Positions 46,236-56,808 of a stretch of DNA of 56,808 nt are shown here, one piece after another (position 1 is the first letter of the stretch; every line of letters starts with the position of its first letter). The stretch lies in contig JAJRUH010000065.1 in assembly GCA_024277895.1 (NCBI GenBank), forward strand, positions 1-56,808, written 5' to 3'. Made by a program: the position numbers and the translations under genes. The notes under the pieces were generated by a model that was not told the origin of the DNA, did no database searches, and was given only the letters and a program-made list of their open reading frames with translations. This DNA comes from Bacteroidota bacterium. GTDB taxonomy: Bacteria > Bacteroidota > Bacteroidia > Bacteroidales > JAADGE01.

Positions 46236-46392
46236 GAGGCTGTCCGGAAAGACTGTTTTGTCATACTAAACTCGTTTCAATATCTTTATTAAACGATTAA
46301 AAATCAGCTCTGTAAGATTCCGAACCACGAAGTGCCTCAGCAAAGCTAAATAAATTCATAATGACATTTTCGGATACTTCTCAGACAGTATC
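46236..46392. repeat. Degenerate MITE/REP-like element
   Basis: Imperfect ends GAGGCTGTCCGGAAAG...CTTCTCAGACAGTATC enclosing TGTCATACTAAACTCGTTTC...AAATAAATTCATAATGACA. Confidence 0.5.
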
Positions 46393-46408
46393 ACAATACT
46401 TTTATAAA

Positions 46409-46777
46409 TTAATGTTCGCAATTATGTTCATGATCTTCTGCATCGTGATTACACATATTTGCAGTTGTTTTTAAAGTTCCGGATAAAAAATCACCTACAA
46501 CTTTAGCGGGTTCATTTGCAGGAGCACCCGTAAACACATTGATATTATTTTGATTTAAAATTTCAACAGCTTTCGGTCCTATACCTCCTGTTATTAAATC
46601 TGTTACATTATTTTCTGCCAACCAATTCGGGATTACACCAAATTCGTGAGGCGGCGGGGTTTCCATTTGTTCTTTTACAACTTTATCATTTTCGGCATGA
46701 TAAAAATAAAAATGTGGTGCATGACCGAAATGTGCTGATAATTTACCGTCAATGACGGGAATTGCTATTTTTCTCAT
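46409..46777 (-). CDS. NifB/NifX family (dinitrogenase FeMo-cofactor-binding-like) protein with a Cys/His-rich tail
   Basis: KIAIP...SAHFGHA, PPPHE.G, ITGGIG, tail CNHDAEDHEHNCEH. Confidence 0.85.
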   Translation of the reverse strand: MRKIAIPVIDGKLSAHFGHAPHFYFYHAENDKVVKEQMETPPPHEFGVIPNWLAENNVTDLITGGIGPKAVEILNQNNINVFTGAPANEPAKVVGDFLSGTLKTTANMCNHDAEDHEHNCEH

Positions 46778-46780
46778 TGT

Positions 46781-47545
46781 TTATATTTTTAATTCTTTAA
46801 TTTTATCTAAAAATAATTGCATCCCTTTTCTTTTTTCAACATCTAAAGAATAGCTGATACTTTTTGTTAAATATTTTTTTAAATCTATTTCGGAATTATT
46901 AAATTCTTTTTTATAATCGCTGATTGCAGCATCTATATTCATCAGGCCGGTTTTCAAAGCATTATTAAAATCTTTCACAAATCGGTCGTTTAACTTTTTG
47001 TTTGCAGCCCATACCGCAAATACAAAGGGATATGATGTATATTTCAACCAAATTTCCGATAAATCGTAAATATATTCAAATTTATTTTGATATTTAAAAA
47101 CACGATCTCCGATTATTAATGCAGCTGTCTGATTATCAATATCATCTTCATAACCGGCTTCGGCTGAAACATATTCCGGATTAATATTAAAATAATTTCC
47201 GACTAATATTTTTGTTAATCTGACGGAAGTTCTTGATTGATAGTCTAACAGAATTCTTTTAATATTTTTAATCGGTACATGACAAAAAAGAGAAACTGTA
47301 TCAACTTTTCCAACGGCACCGAGACAATAGTTTGAAATAATCTGCGGATTTTGTAATTTACTGATTTCTGCAACAGGAATTAGCCCTATATCCACTTCAT
47401 CATTTAGTAATTTATCGGCACAAACAGACGGTATATCTTTCTGCAAATCAATTTGAAGCATTAAGGACTTATCGTTTTCAATTCCGTAAATAAAAGGTAA
47501 AGTATTGAGATATGAAACTGCTGATATTTTAATTTTCTTTTTCAA
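46781..47545 (-). CDS. mqnA: Chorismate dehydratase (futalosine menaquinone pathway)
   Basis: VSYLNTLPFIYG, GAVGKVDTV, SRTSV, LIIGD, DLSEIW...PFVFAVW; TTG start. Confidence 0.85.
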   Translation of the reverse strand: MKKKIKISAVSYLNTLPFIYGIENDKSLMLQIDLQKDIPSVCADKLLNDEVDIGLIPVAEISKLQNPQIISNYCLGAVGKVDTVSLFCHVPIKNIKRILLDYQSRTSVRLTKILVGNYFNINPEYVSAEAGYEDDIDNQTAALIIGDRVFKYQNKFEYIYDLSEIWLKYTSYPFVFAVWAANKKLNDRFVKDFNNALKTGLMNIDAAISDYKKEFNNSEIDLKKYLTKSISYSLDVEKRKGMQLFLDKIKELKI

Positions 47546-47550
47546 ATTAT

Positions 47551-48372
47551 TCAGATTTCAGTATTAATAATCTTATCTGTTTCAGCATCTTCAATTCTTC
47601 TAATCTCAACCATTGAAACTGTTCCTGCAATTACAGAAATAACGGCAACAAATGCCGACAAGGCAACACCGATATACGGAATAAAAAGAACCAAAGCGAA
47701 CAATGAACCGTTAACAAGAGCAACCCATTTATATTTTCGCATAAAAGAAACACTGTCTTTGATATTTCGTTTATGTCGTTCATTTGAATAATCCATATAT
47801 GAAAATCCGTAAAAATAAGATGTAATGAGAAACATAAAAATAACTCCTATCCAACTGATAAATGAAAGAATTAATCCTGCCGTAAAGATTAAAATCATTA
47901 TGGCGGTTTCAAAAAGAATATTTCGGATTGCGATACCGATGCCTCTGAACACATCTTTGAAAAATTGCTTTATTTCAAACGGATAATCACTATTCGCGTT
48001 AGTTAATATTTTTTCGGTCTTTTCAGAAATAACAGAAAAAAGCGGTGATAGAATAATTACTATCAGATATCCTCCCAAATAGGTAAAACTGATAAAAAAC
48101 AGGACATAAATCAAAGCAGTAATAATTCCGGATAAAGCAGCTTTCAGAACTTCCGAACCCCAAAAATCAGCATTGCCTATATTAATCCAATCCATCAAGG
48201 CATGTCTTGCTGTTACGGCTAAATCAACAACTTCGCTCATTCCGATCCAAAAAATTAAAATATTCAAAAGCAAAGGGAAGAACATATATTTCATAAATCC
48301 TTTGGAAAAGATTAAGTCCAGTGCCTTAAAATAGCCCTTAAATCCAATTGAGATTTGTTTTCCGAAATTCAT
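47551..48372 (-). CDS. EI24/CysZ-like membrane protein
   Basis: [23 protein letters not shown]; several TM segments. Confidence 0.75.
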   Translation of the reverse strand: MNFGKQISIGFKGYFKALDLIFSKGFMKYMFFPLLLNILIFWIGMSEVVDLAVTARHALMDWINIGNADFWGSEVLKAALSGIITALIYVLFFISFTYLGGYLIVIILSPLFSVISEKTEKILTNANSDYPFEIKQFFKDVFRGIGIAIRNILFETAIMILIFTAGLILSFISWIGVIFMFLITSYFYGFSYMDYSNERHKRNIKDSVSFMRKYKWVALVNGSLFALVLFIPYIGVALSAFVAVISVIAGTVSMVEIRRIEDAETDKIINTEI

Positions 48373-48377
48373 GTAAG

Positions 48378-50822
48378 TTATTTAGTTTTAAATCTGACAG
48401 GATTATTAACTTTTTGTTTTAATAAAGCAATATCCAAAACTTCCGTAATTGTTTCTGCAAAATGGAATTTCAAACCCTTCAGATACAAATCATTAATTTC
48501 TTCAATGTCTTTTTCATTATCTTTAGGCAATATAAGTTCCTTAATATCAGCACGTTTTGCAGCCAATATTTTTTCTTTTATTCCTCCGACCGGTAATACT
48601 TTTCCTCTTAATGTCATTTCACCTGTCATGGCCAGTCTGTTTTTAATTTTTCTTTGAGTCAGAACGGAAGCCATTGATGTTACCATTGTTATTCCGGCAG
48701 AAGGACCGTCTTTCGGTATTGCACCTTCAGGCACATGAATATGTACATTGTAATTTTTAAAAATACTGTCTTTAATCTTAAAATCTTCGGAATGTGCTTT
48801 CATATATTCAAAAGCAATTACTGCAGATTCTTTCATTACTTGCCCTAAATTTCCCGTTAAATTTAATTGTCCGTTGCCTTTACTGACACTCGATTCAATA
48901 AAAAGAATTTTTCCGCCTACTTGTGTCCAAGCCAGTCCGGTAACTACTCCGGCAAATTCATTGCCTTCGTATTTGCCTTTAATATAACGCGGAATGCCCA
49001 GATAATCCTGAATATCTGCTGTTTTTAATAATTTGGAATAATTTTCTTCAAGAGCAATTTTTTTTGCAATTTTACGTATAACTTCTGCAATTTTCTTTTC
49101 CAAATTTCGTACTCCGGATTCTCCGGTATAATCAGTAATTATTTTTTCAATTGCTTCTTTAGAGAATTTTAATTGCGAAACTTTTAATCCGTGCTCTTTT
49201 AATTGTCGAGGAATTAAATGCCTCTTAGCAATTTCAATTTTTTCTTCTACAATGTATCCGGAAACTTCAATCAGTTCCATTCTGTCTCTGAGTGCCGAAT
49301 TAATTGTATTTAATGAATTAGCAGTAGCTATAAATAATATTTTTGACAAATCAAATTCCAGCTCTAAATAATTATCGTAAAATGTATTATTTTGCTCCGG
49401 GTCAAGCACTTCAAGCAATGCAGAAGACGGATCTCCTCTGAAATCATTACCGATTTTATCAATCTCATCCAAAATAAAAACGGGATTTGATGATTTAACT
49501 TTTTTTAGATTTTGAATAATTCTTCCGGGCATTGCACCGATATATGTTTTTCTGTGTCCGCGAATTTCTGCTTCGTCATGCAAACCTCCGAGTGACATTC
49601 TGGCATATTTTCGTTCCAAAGCATGGGCAACAGATTTTCCGAGGGAGGTTTTCCCTACTCCGGGCGGTCCGTAAAGGCATAAAATCGGGGCTTTTAAATC
49701 ACCTTTTAATTTTAAAACAGCAAGATGTTCTAAAATACGATCTTTCACATTATCGAGTCCGTAATGATCGTCATCCAAAATCTTTTTTGCTCGTTTTAAA
49801 TCGAAATTATCTTTGGTATATTCGTTCCAAGGCAAGTCAACAAGTGTCTGAGCATAAATAAGTTGGTATGAATAATCAGGAGCCATCGGATTTATTTGTT
49901 TCAAACGATTTATTTGTTTTTTGAAGGCTTCTTCCGCATCTTTATTCCATTTTTTCTTCTTTGCTTTTTTTTCAAGTTCTTCAATTTCAACTTTCGGAGA
50001 TTCTAAACCTAATTCATCCTGTATCGCTTTCATTTGCTGATGCAAAAAATATTCTTTTTGCTGCTGATTCATCTCTGTTTTTGCCTTATTTTGAATGTTA
50101 TCTTTAAGTTCTAATTTTTGAACTTCTTCGGATAAATATTTTAATAATAAAGCAGCTCTGCCGGATAAATCATTTTCTTCAAGCAATTTTTGTTTGTCTT
50201 TTGCATTAACATCCGTATTTGAAGATACAAAATTGATTAAAAACTCCGGTGAATCTATATTATTAATTGCAAAAACAGCTTCTTTCGGAAGATTTGAAGA
50301 AAGGTGTATTATTTTTACAGATAATTCCTTAACGGAGATAATTTGAGCTTCAAATTCCTTTTTATCAAAAGTTTCATTTGTAGTATTCAGAACATCATAT
50401 TTAACTTTCAAATACGGTTTCACAGAAAGTTCTTCTGTTATTTTAAATCTTGTAATACCTTGGAGAACAGCAGTTTTTTCACCGTCAGGCATATCAAAAA
50501 GTTTTATGACTCGTGCTAATGTACCTATTTTATATATGTCTTTAAACTTCGGATCTTCTGTTTTTTCATCTTTCTGACTGATTATTCCGATAAGAATATC
50601 TTTTTTATGTGCTTCTTTAATCAGTTTTAATGATTTTTTTCTGCCTACAGCAATAGGAATCACAATTTGAGGAAATAATACTGTATTTCTTAATGTAAGA
50701 AGTTGTAATTCGTCGGGTAAATCAAAATCATCAACCGATAATTTATCAATATCCGCAGCTAAAGGAATCATTTCAGCGGTATTTGCTTCATTTTTATTTC
50801 CGAAAATAATATCTTTAAACAT
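48378..50822 (-). CDS. lon: ATP-dependent protease Lon
   Basis: [37 protein letters not shown]; start placed at ATG 50822. Confidence 0.97.
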   Translation of the reverse strand: MFKDIIFGNKNEANTAEMIPLAADIDKLSVDDFDLPDELQLLTLRNTVLFPQIVIPIAVGRKKSLKLIKEAHKKDILIGIISQKDEKTEDPKFKDIYKIGTLARVIKLFDMPDGEKTAVLQGITRFKITEELSVKPYLKVKYDVLNTTNETFDKKEFEAQIISVKELSVKIIHLSSNLPKEAVFAINNIDSPEFLINFVSSNTDVNAKDKQKLLEENDLSGRAALLLKYLSEEVQKLELKDNIQNKAKTEMNQQQKEYFLHQQMKAIQDELGLESPKVEIEELEKKAKKKKWNKDAEEAFKKQINRLKQINPMAPDYSYQLIYAQTLVDLPWNEYTKDNFDLKRAKKILDDDHYGLDNVKDRILEHLAVLKLKGDLKAPILCLYGPPGVGKTSLGKSVAHALERKYARMSLGGLHDEAEIRGHRKTYIGAMPGRIIQNLKKVKSSNPVFILDEIDKIGNDFRGDPSSALLEVLDPEQNNTFYDNYLELEFDLSKILFIATANSLNTINSALRDRMELIEVSGYIVEEKIEIAKRHLIPRQLKEHGLKVSQLKFSKEAIEKIITDYTGESGVRNLEKKIAEVIRKIAKKIALEENYSKLLKTADIQDYLGIPRYIKGKYEGNEFAGVVTGLAWTQVGGKILFIESSVSKGNGQLNLTGNLGQVMKESAVIAFEYMKAHSEDFKIKDSIFKNYNVHIHVPEGAIPKDGPSAGITMVTSMASVLTQRKIKNRLAMTGEMTLRGKVLPVGGIKEKILAAKRADIKELILPKDNEKDIEEINDLYLKGLKFHFAETITEVLDIALLKQKVNNPVRFKTK

Positions 50823-50857
50823 AAATCTTTCTTTTTTGGAGTATTTGAATTTACATG

Positions 50858-50871
50858 TCAATGGTCGTGCC
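50858..50871 (-). promoter_or_regulatory. Sigma54-like promoter for lon (GGCACGACCATTGA)
   Basis: Matches GGCAC-N5-TTG on the minus strand, about 35 nt before the lon ATG. Confidence 0.6.
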
Positions 50872-50903
50872 GGATATGTAAAACAGGAAATTTCGGCAGA
50901 TTA

Positions 50904-51575
50904 TTATCTTTTCTCGGAAGAAAACTCTGCAATTAATGTCTGAGTACCTTTTACTTTATCTCCTATTTTTACTTTTACATCAGAATTTATCGGTAAGAAA
51001 ATATCAACACGCGAGCCGAATTTAATAAATCCGCATTCTTCTGATTGCTTAACATTATCACCTTCTCTTACAAAAAAAACTACTCTGCGAGCCACCGTTC
51101 CGGCAATTTGACGATAGAGAATTTCTGTTCCTTTTTCATTTTTAATAACAACGGATGTACGTTCATTTTCTTCTGAAGATTTCGGATTTTTTGCTAATAA
51201 ATATTTCCCTTCGTGATACCTGAAGTATTTAATTATTCCGCTGACCGGAAACCAATTAATATGTACATTCCAAAGCGACATAAAAATTGAAATTTGAATA
51301 CGTTCATCTTTAAAATATTCGTTTTCAACTGTTTTTTCAATAACAACAACTTTTCCGTCAGCCGGTGCTATTATTCCCGAATGATTAATAATCAGATTCC
51401 TTTTTGGCTTTCTGAAAAAAAATATCACAATAAAAAAGATAATAAGTGATACAAGTAAGGAAGTTGTTGTAATAATTTTACAATCGTAAAAAAATACGTA
51501 AACGGCGATATTAAATAAAGTTAAACTTAAAACTGCGATAAGAATTGTATGAATTCCTTCTCTGTGAATTTTCAT
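50904..51575 (-). CDS. psd: Phosphatidylserine decarboxylase proenzyme
   Basis: APADGKV, SIFMS..NVH, QIAG.VARR, IKFGSRVD (self-cleavage GS). Confidence 0.93.
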   Translation of the reverse strand: MKIHREGIHTILIAVLSLTLFNIAVYVFFYDCKIITTTSLLVSLIIFFIVIFFFRKPKRNLIINHSGIIAPADGKVVVIEKTVENEYFKDERIQISIFMSLWNVHINWFPVSGIIKYFRYHEGKYLLAKNPKSSEENERTSVVIKNEKGTEILYRQIAGTVARRVVFFVREGDNVKQSEECGFIKFGSRVDIFLPINSDVKVKIGDKVKGTQTLIAEFSSEKR

Positions 51576-51650
51576 TCCGAAAAATTAATATTTATTAAAG
51601 TGTAAAGATACGAAACTTACATAAATTCTGTATAAGAGAATTAATTTTGA

Positions 51651-52487
51651 TTATAAAAAGAAGTATTCAATAATCTTTAAATAGAGAAATATCATAGGTG
51701 CTGCAAAAAAGGTACTGTCGAAACGATCAAGTAATCCGCCGTGTCCGGGCATTATTGTACCGGAATCTTTAATTCCGGCTCTGCGTTTAAGCCACGATTC
51801 CGTTAAGTCTCCGTAAACACCGAAAACTACTGTTACGGCAGCGAAAATCATCCATTCAGGCAAGGTTAAACTCTTAAAGTACAAAGCGATAACATAGGCA
51901 GCAACAAAAGCAAAAATTGCACCGCCGATTGTTCCTTCCCAAGTTTTATTAGGAGAAATACGTTCAAATAATTTAGTTTTTCCGAATTTTGAACCGATTA
52001 AATAAGCTCCTGTATCATTTATCCAGAGTATTACAAAAAGAGCTAATAAATATTTATGTGTAAAAACGCCTTTATTTATTCCTGAAAAAGCTATAAAATT
52101 TAATGTCGCCATAGGAATTACAACATAAATAATTCCGAAAACAGTAAATGCGATACTTAAAAAATGGTCTTCTCTGTCTTGATAAATTTCAAAAATAAAC
52201 AGAAAAATAACAAGAAATATTGCGACAAAATAAGATATAGAAGGAATATCATCGCGAGCAACAAAGAAAGTTAATAACCAGACGGTTAATCCTAAAAAAA
52301 GTCCGTAATATTTTTGCGGTTTATTGCCTGTTTTTTCAAATAAATGATATGCCTCTGCTAAAGCTATAAGTGTAATTAACAGAAATACAACAACATATAA
52401 ATATTCATTAATTAAAATACCGCCCAACAGAACAATAACAAAAATCAAAGCAGACAAAGCTCTTTTTAACAAATTACGTTTCAACAT
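51651..52487 (-). CDS. cdsA: Phosphatidate cytidylyltransferase
   Basis: NDTGAY, ISPNKTWEG, GDLTESWLKRRAGIKDSG..MPGHGGLLDRFDS. Confidence 0.95.
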   Translation of the reverse strand: MLKRNLLKRALSALIFVIVLLGGILINEYLYVVVFLLITLIALAEAYHLFEKTGNKPQKYYGLFLGLTVWLLTFFVARDDIPSISYFVAIFLVIFLFIFEIYQDREDHFLSIAFTVFGIIYVVIPMATLNFIAFSGINKGVFTHKYLLALFVILWINDTGAYLIGSKFGKTKLFERISPNKTWEGTIGGAIFAFVAAYVIALYFKSLTLPEWMIFAAVTVVFGVYGDLTESWLKRRAGIKDSGTIMPGHGGLLDRFDSTFFAAPMIFLYLKIIEYFFL

Positions 52488-52492
52488 GTCAA

Positions 52493-53431
52493 CTATAGTT
52501 TTGCTATCAGATTTTGAGCTTTCTTAAGATAATCTTTTTCTGTATATAACTCAATTTCACCGAGTAAAAATGTTGTATCTTTATCGTTAATAATAACTGA
52601 AGGTATTCCGGCTTCTTCTAAAATGCTTTTATGAAACAGTGCATTTGCTATATCGGAATATGTTTTAAGCACTACCCATTCTTTATTTTCAGCTAAATAT
52701 TTATTTGCAGTTTCAATATCATTTTCTTTTACAAATAACTGAATTTTTCCGTTGTCTTTTTTAATAAGTGCTTTTATTTTTTTTGAAAACAAAAGTTCTT
52801 CTGCTTTTTCAATTTTACTTAACGAATCAAATTCTTTAAATAATTTATAATTTTTGAGTTCTGAAATATATTTTTTTGCTTTGTCCGAATCATCATTTTT
52901 AACATAGATACTTATAGTTTCCAAATGATAATCTGAATCTTTTTTCTTGATTACAATAGTATTAATAAGGTTTTCGGCAAGCAAATCAACATAATATTTT
53001 GTTTGTCTTACTTTATTGCAAATCAGCACTCTTGACCAATCTTTTAATTCTTTGCCTGTCAAATACGGGATTGTTTTTTCAACATCTTTATTTTCAACAT
53101 AGAGTTCATAATTATCTAAAATGTATTTTTGACTTTCTTTCCTTTTAAGAATGGTTTTTATTCCGGTATTCTGCAATACTTTTTGAAATAACAAAACAGG
53201 TTTTAAATCAACAAATGAGTTAATTTTTGTTAAACCGTCAAAATCATCAATTAAAGCACGTGCTTTTTTTTCATTGTTTTTTTCAACATATAAATCAATA
53301 TTTCCCAAAAGAAATAAGCTGTCTTTTTCATCTAAAATAACGGCATTAATATCGTTTTGATTAAGAATACTTTTTCTTAATTCTGCTTGATGAAATCTCT
53401 CAAAAGTTTGAATTTTAACCCAATTCTTCAT
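52493..53431 (-). CDS. Protein of five tandem DUF2007-like (putative signal-transducing) domains
   Basis: Repeating ~60-aa unit W..I.TF....A...K.IL....I..V....KD..F.LG.I.LYV...D..KA. Confidence 0.75.
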   Translation of the reverse strand: MKNWVKIQTFERFHQAELRKSILNQNDINAVILDEKDSLFLLGNIDLYVEKNNEKKARALIDDFDGLTKINSFVDLKPVLLFQKVLQNTGIKTILKRKESQKYILDNYELYVENKDVEKTIPYLTGKELKDWSRVLICNKVRQTKYYVDLLAENLINTIVIKKKDSDYHLETISIYVKNDDSDKAKKYISELKNYKLFKEFDSLSKIEKAEELLFSKKIKALIKKDNGKIQLFVKENDIETANKYLAENKEWVVLKTYSDIANALFHKSILEEAGIPSVIINDKDTTFLLGEIELYTEKDYLKKAQNLIAKL

Positions 53432-53443
53432 AATGTCTAATAT

Positions 53444-55558
53444 TTAAAATTTCGTTGTATCTGAATCTTTCTTAGTTTCCTGTTCAGCTTCTTTTCTTCT
53501 TTTTTCTTGTTCTTGTTCTTGCTGATGTTTTAAACGTTCTTTGTTTTTCTGTCTTATTTTTTGAACTTCTTCGTCATATTCATCATTAAAAGGTCTTTTC
53601 CCGAGAATTCTTTCGGCATCTTCAAAATAAATAACTTCTTTTTCGAGCAGTAATTCAGCCAATTTTGTAATTCCCTCATTATTTTCTTTTAATATTTTTT
53701 TTGCACGGTTATACTGTTCTTCTATCATTTTCTTAACTTCCGCATCAATTAATTCGGCAGTTTGTTCGCTAAAAGGTTTTTGAAATTGAAATTCATTCGT
53801 ACCGCTTGAATCATAATAGCTTAAATTACCGATTTCATCACTCATACCAAAATAAGCAATCATTGAAAATGCTTGTTTAGTAACACGTTCCAAGTCATTT
53901 AAAGCACCGGTTGAAATTTTTCCGAAAGTTATTTCTTCAGAAGCTCTGCCTCCGAGCATAGCACACATTTCATCTAATAATTGTTCTTTAGTAGTTATTT
54001 GACGTTCGTGCGGTTGGTACCAAGCAGCCCCGAGAGCTTGTCCGCGCGGAACAATTGTTACTTTTACCAAAGGATGAGCATTTTCAAGCATCCAGCTAAC
54101 GGTTGCATGACCGGCTTCGTGATAAGCAATAGTCTTTTTTTCAGTTTTTGTAATTATTTTACTTTTTTTCTCAAGCCCGCCGATTATACGATCTATTGCA
54201 GCATGAAAATCCTCATGAAAAACATTTTTTTTATCTTTTCTTGCGGCAATTAAAGCAGCTTCGTTACAAACATTAGCAATATCGGCACCCGAAAAACCCG
54301 GTGTTTGCTTGGACAATTTCTGAATATCAACATCTTCACCTAATTTCAGCGGTTTAATATGTACTTTAAAAATATCTTCTCTTTCGGTTAAATCGGGTAA
54401 TTCAACATGTATTTGACGATCAAATCTGCCGGCACGCATTAATGCCGGGTCAAGAACATCGGATCGATTTGTTGCAGCAAGTATAATTACTCCGGTATTT
54501 GTGTCGAACCCGTCCATTTCAGTAAGTAATTGATTTAATGTATTTTCTCTTTCGTCATTTCCGCCTAAGCTGGCTCCTCTGCTTCTTGTTCTTCCGATTG
54601 CATCAATTTCATCAATAAAAACGATACAAGGCGATTTTTGTTTTGCTTGTGCAAATAAATCACGAACACGTGATGCACCAACACCTACAAACATTTCAAC
54701 AAAATCGGAACCTGACAGTGAAAAAAACGGCACATTTGCTTCTCCGGCAACTGCTTTTGCAAGTAAAGTTTTCCCGGTTCCGGGAGGTCCTACCAGCAAA
54801 GCACCTTTAGGAATTTTACCGCCTAATTTGGTATATTTATCAGGTCTTTTAAGAAAATCCACAATTTCCTGAACTTCAATTTTTGCTTCTTCAAGTCCGG
54901 CAACATTACTGAAATTAACTTTCACTTTTGTTTTTTCATTATCAAAAAGTTTGGCTTTAGAGCGACCTACATTGAATATGCCGCCGGCACCGCCGCCCAT
55001 TCCGCTGCCCATTTTGCGAAAAAGAAACATCCAAATAGCAACAATTATTATCAAAGGCAATAACCAACCAAGCAATTCTCCCATTACATCTGTTCTGTTT
55101 TCATAATCAATAGGAACTCTGTTTATCTTATCAACATTTTTTTGAAGTTCTTCCATATCTTTTTCAAAAACTTCAACCGATCCGATATTAAAATAATAAT
55201 CAGGTGTATTACCTGCGGCAAATACTTTATTTTCTTTTCCTAAATCACTGAATTCAGGATCGCTGCGCATTTGCTCTTTAATATAAACCTCAACTTTTTC
55301 GTGGTTTACAACAACCAATTTCTCAGCTGCATGTTTCGGCATTATTTTAGTTTCAAAACGAAGTTGAGTTATTTTTTTCGCAGTTTCCTGATTTGAAAAA
55401 TAGTTTAAAGCAAAAAAGCCGACAGTTACAGCAATAAAAATAAAAATGGTATTTTTATTTCCTTTATTTTTGAACATATTATTGGCATCTTTAGGATTAC
55501 CCTTTTCAGGTCTTCTCTCAGGTATTTTATTTCTTATATCTTTATTTTTTTCTGACAT
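53444..55558 (-). CDS. ftsH: ATP-dependent zinc metalloprotease FtsH
   Basis: Two TM segments, [17 protein letters not shown] motif, HEAGH. Confidence 0.97.
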   Translation of the reverse strand: MSEKNKDIRNKIPERRPEKGNPKDANNMFKNKGNKNTIFIFIAVTVGFFALNYFSNQETAKKITQLRFETKIMPKHAAEKLVVVNHEKVEVYIKEQMRSDPEFSDLGKENKVFAAGNTPDYYFNIGSVEVFEKDMEELQKNVDKINRVPIDYENRTDVMGELLGWLLPLIIIVAIWMFLFRKMGSGMGGGAGGIFNVGRSKAKLFDNEKTKVKVNFSNVAGLEEAKIEVQEIVDFLKRPDKYTKLGGKIPKGALLVGPPGTGKTLLAKAVAGEANVPFFSLSGSDFVEMFVGVGASRVRDLFAQAKQKSPCIVFIDEIDAIGRTRSRGASLGGNDERENTLNQLLTEMDGFDTNTGVIILAATNRSDVLDPALMRAGRFDRQIHVELPDLTEREDIFKVHIKPLKLGEDVDIQKLSKQTPGFSGADIANVCNEAALIAARKDKKNVFHEDFHAAIDRIIGGLEKKSKIITKTEKKTIAYHEAGHATVSWMLENAHPLVKVTIVPRGQALGAAWYQPHERQITTKEQLLDEMCAMLGGRASEEITFGKISTGALNDLERVTKQAFSMIAYFGMSDEIGNLSYYDSSGTNEFQFQKPFSEQTAELIDAEVKKMIEEQYNRAKKILKENNEGITKLAELLLEKEVIYFEDAERILGKRPFNDEYDEEVQKIRQKNKERLKHQQEQEQEKRRKEAEQETKKDSDTTKF

Positions 55559-55569
55559 TTCTTTTTTCT

Positions 55570-55944
55570 TTAATTTTCAACACTTGAATACTTTACGTTA
55601 ACTTCGGTAATTTCTGCATCGGCCCATAAATCCTCCAATTTATAAGTATTTCTGAACTCAGACCTGAACACATGTACCACAACATCAAAATAGTCCAAAA
55701 TAATCCATTCGGCATTTTCATAACCTTCTTTATGAAATACTTTTTCTCCGGTTTCTTTTCTTACAAATCGTTCAACAGAATCGGCTGCAGCTTCAACTTG
55801 TTTGTCAGTTTCTGCTTCACATATTATAAAAAAATCCGTAATTGAGTTTTGTGTTCCTCTAAAATCTATTTTTACAATATTCTTTGCTTTCTTTTCTGTC
55901 ATTCCTTCCAAAATTGCATTTAGAAGTTTTTGAATTTTTACCAT
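55570..55944 (-). CDS. rsfS: Ribosome silencing factor
   Basis: EKKAKNIV, DFFIIC, WIILDYFDVVVHVF, YKLEDLW; promoter TAAATTTG on the minus strand at 55976-55983. Confidence 0.95.
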   Translation of the reverse strand: MVKIQKLLNAILEGMTEKKAKNIVKIDFRGTQNSITDFFIICEAETDKQVEAAADSVERFVRKETGEKVFHKEGYENAEWIILDYFDVVVHVFRSEFRNTYKLEDLWADAEITEVNVKYSSVEN

Positions 55945-56327
55945 AAATTTTATTTGTATTTTTTAATTAATCCGGCAAATTTAATCAAATTTATACGATA
56001 AATGAACTTTACTGTAAAATTGTATCCTCTTTAAAATTTTCTTACTCGGCAAGTTTGAGACAATTAACTTAATATGAAAATGTTACTACCTTATACTTTA
56101 TAAAACACATACCGAAACAGAAACATATAAAACTGTCTGTCAATGATATAATTTTATGCAACTGTTAATTCATAAGTTTTCGGAGTGTCAGATAAATGTT
56201 TGTTAATCATACCGTTTAATTGACTATAAAATGAAAAAAAACAAAATATTTAATAAAAAAAATATTACTTTTGTCTCACGTAAAAATACTTTACCGTAAA
56301 ACGCAACTTTACAAAAATTATATAGCC

Positions 56328-56808
56328 ATGAAAGGAAAACTGTTAATCGTAATACTCGTTATAGGAATAAGTGCATCAGCTGTATATTACGGATTAGAGC
56401 CGGTAACGAAACAACAAGAAAAAAAAATTGTAGAATTAAAAGATAAAATTAATTTTCTGAAGAAAGAAACTATCCCTTTACGTTTTAAAATTCTCGAAAA
56501 AGATACCGCACAAATTAAATTTGCAGTAAAATTCTACGATCAAGATTCTGTTGAATTTAATACCGACACTTTAACACTTCAGGGTCAGGAATTATCCTTT
56601 GATTTTGATGTTGTTAAGATTAAAAAAGGCTTAAGTATTGCATTTCCGACAAAAATTTTTACGAATAAAATTCCTGCAAAAAAAGGCATTATACTATTCA
56701 AATATTATGATGATCACGGTTTTCCTCAAACAATGAGTACAAACGGAGCTGACACATCTTATGTAAGACTGATGACCGAACTTTTTACAAAAATTAAAAC
56801 AGGCAATA
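56328..56808 (+). CDS. Hypothetical membrane-anchored protein, 3'-truncated by the window edge
   Basis: Open frame MKGKLLIVILVIGISASAVYYGLEP... to the window end (absent from the ORF track); promoter TACTTTTG at 56266-56273. Confidence 0.7.
   Translation, partial: MKGKLLIVILVIGISASAVYYGLEPVTKQQEKKIVELKDKINFLKKETIPLRFKILEKDTAQIKFAVKFYDQDSVEFNTDTLTLQGQELSFDFDVVKIKKGLSIAFPTKIFTNKIPAKKGIILFKYYDDHGFPQTMSTNGADTSYVRLMTELFTKIKTGN

Noticed and set aside
46409-46777. Nitrogen fixation gene
   Set aside because: NifB/NifX-family domains are common outside diazotrophs and no nif genes are nearby
237-54253. Many short antisense or out-of-frame ORFs in the six-frame track (for example 864-1217, 15707-16192, 41206-41640, 42297-42680)
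   Set aside because: They shadow well-supported genes, have Phe/Ile/Ser-biased reverse-strand composition and show no motifs
1-56808. CRISPR array, rRNA, integrase or intact transposase
   Set aside because: No regularly spaced direct repeats, rRNA-like segments, recombinase motifs or complete DDE ORFs were seen

Overview
AT-rich chromosomal window from a Bacteroidota bacterium, probably Bacteroidales/Marinilabiliales-like. This is inferred from many TANNTTTG '-7' promoters, the PG0541-type RND accessory gene, the UbiA-maf pair and the rsfS-ftsH-cdsA-psd order. Main parts: (1) the 3' end of mutS2; (2) a ~16 kb co-oriented cluster with a TetR-TolC-MFP-AcrB pump, then a second TetR and a candidate lipid-tailoring/export operon (mycobacterial-type lipid O-methyltransferase, bacterial ceramide-synthase-like GNAT, SDR, MMPL, GlsA-like O-acyltransferase, LolA-like carrier, DUF1302-like barrel); (3) housekeeping genes (nadE, rpmE, rpe, tkt, sucD, fumC, mqnA, lon, psd, cdsA, ftsH, rsfS); (4) tRNA-Thr(CGT) and tRNA-Gly(CCC) followed by a small decayed island with ATPase and IS1182 remnants, a MazEF pair whose toxin lacks its catalytic Arg, and a phosphoesterase gene enclosed by IS256-like ends; (5) two copies of a highly structured MITE-like element plus other REP-like hairpins. 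Also notable are a five-repeat DUF2007 protein in the ftsH operon, a CYTH-HD fusion, an output-less Cache/HAMP/GAF/PAS sensor, and three sigma54-like promoters. No CRISPR array, rRNA, intact transposase or integrase was seen. All family assignments are from motif recognition by eye; no database searches were run.
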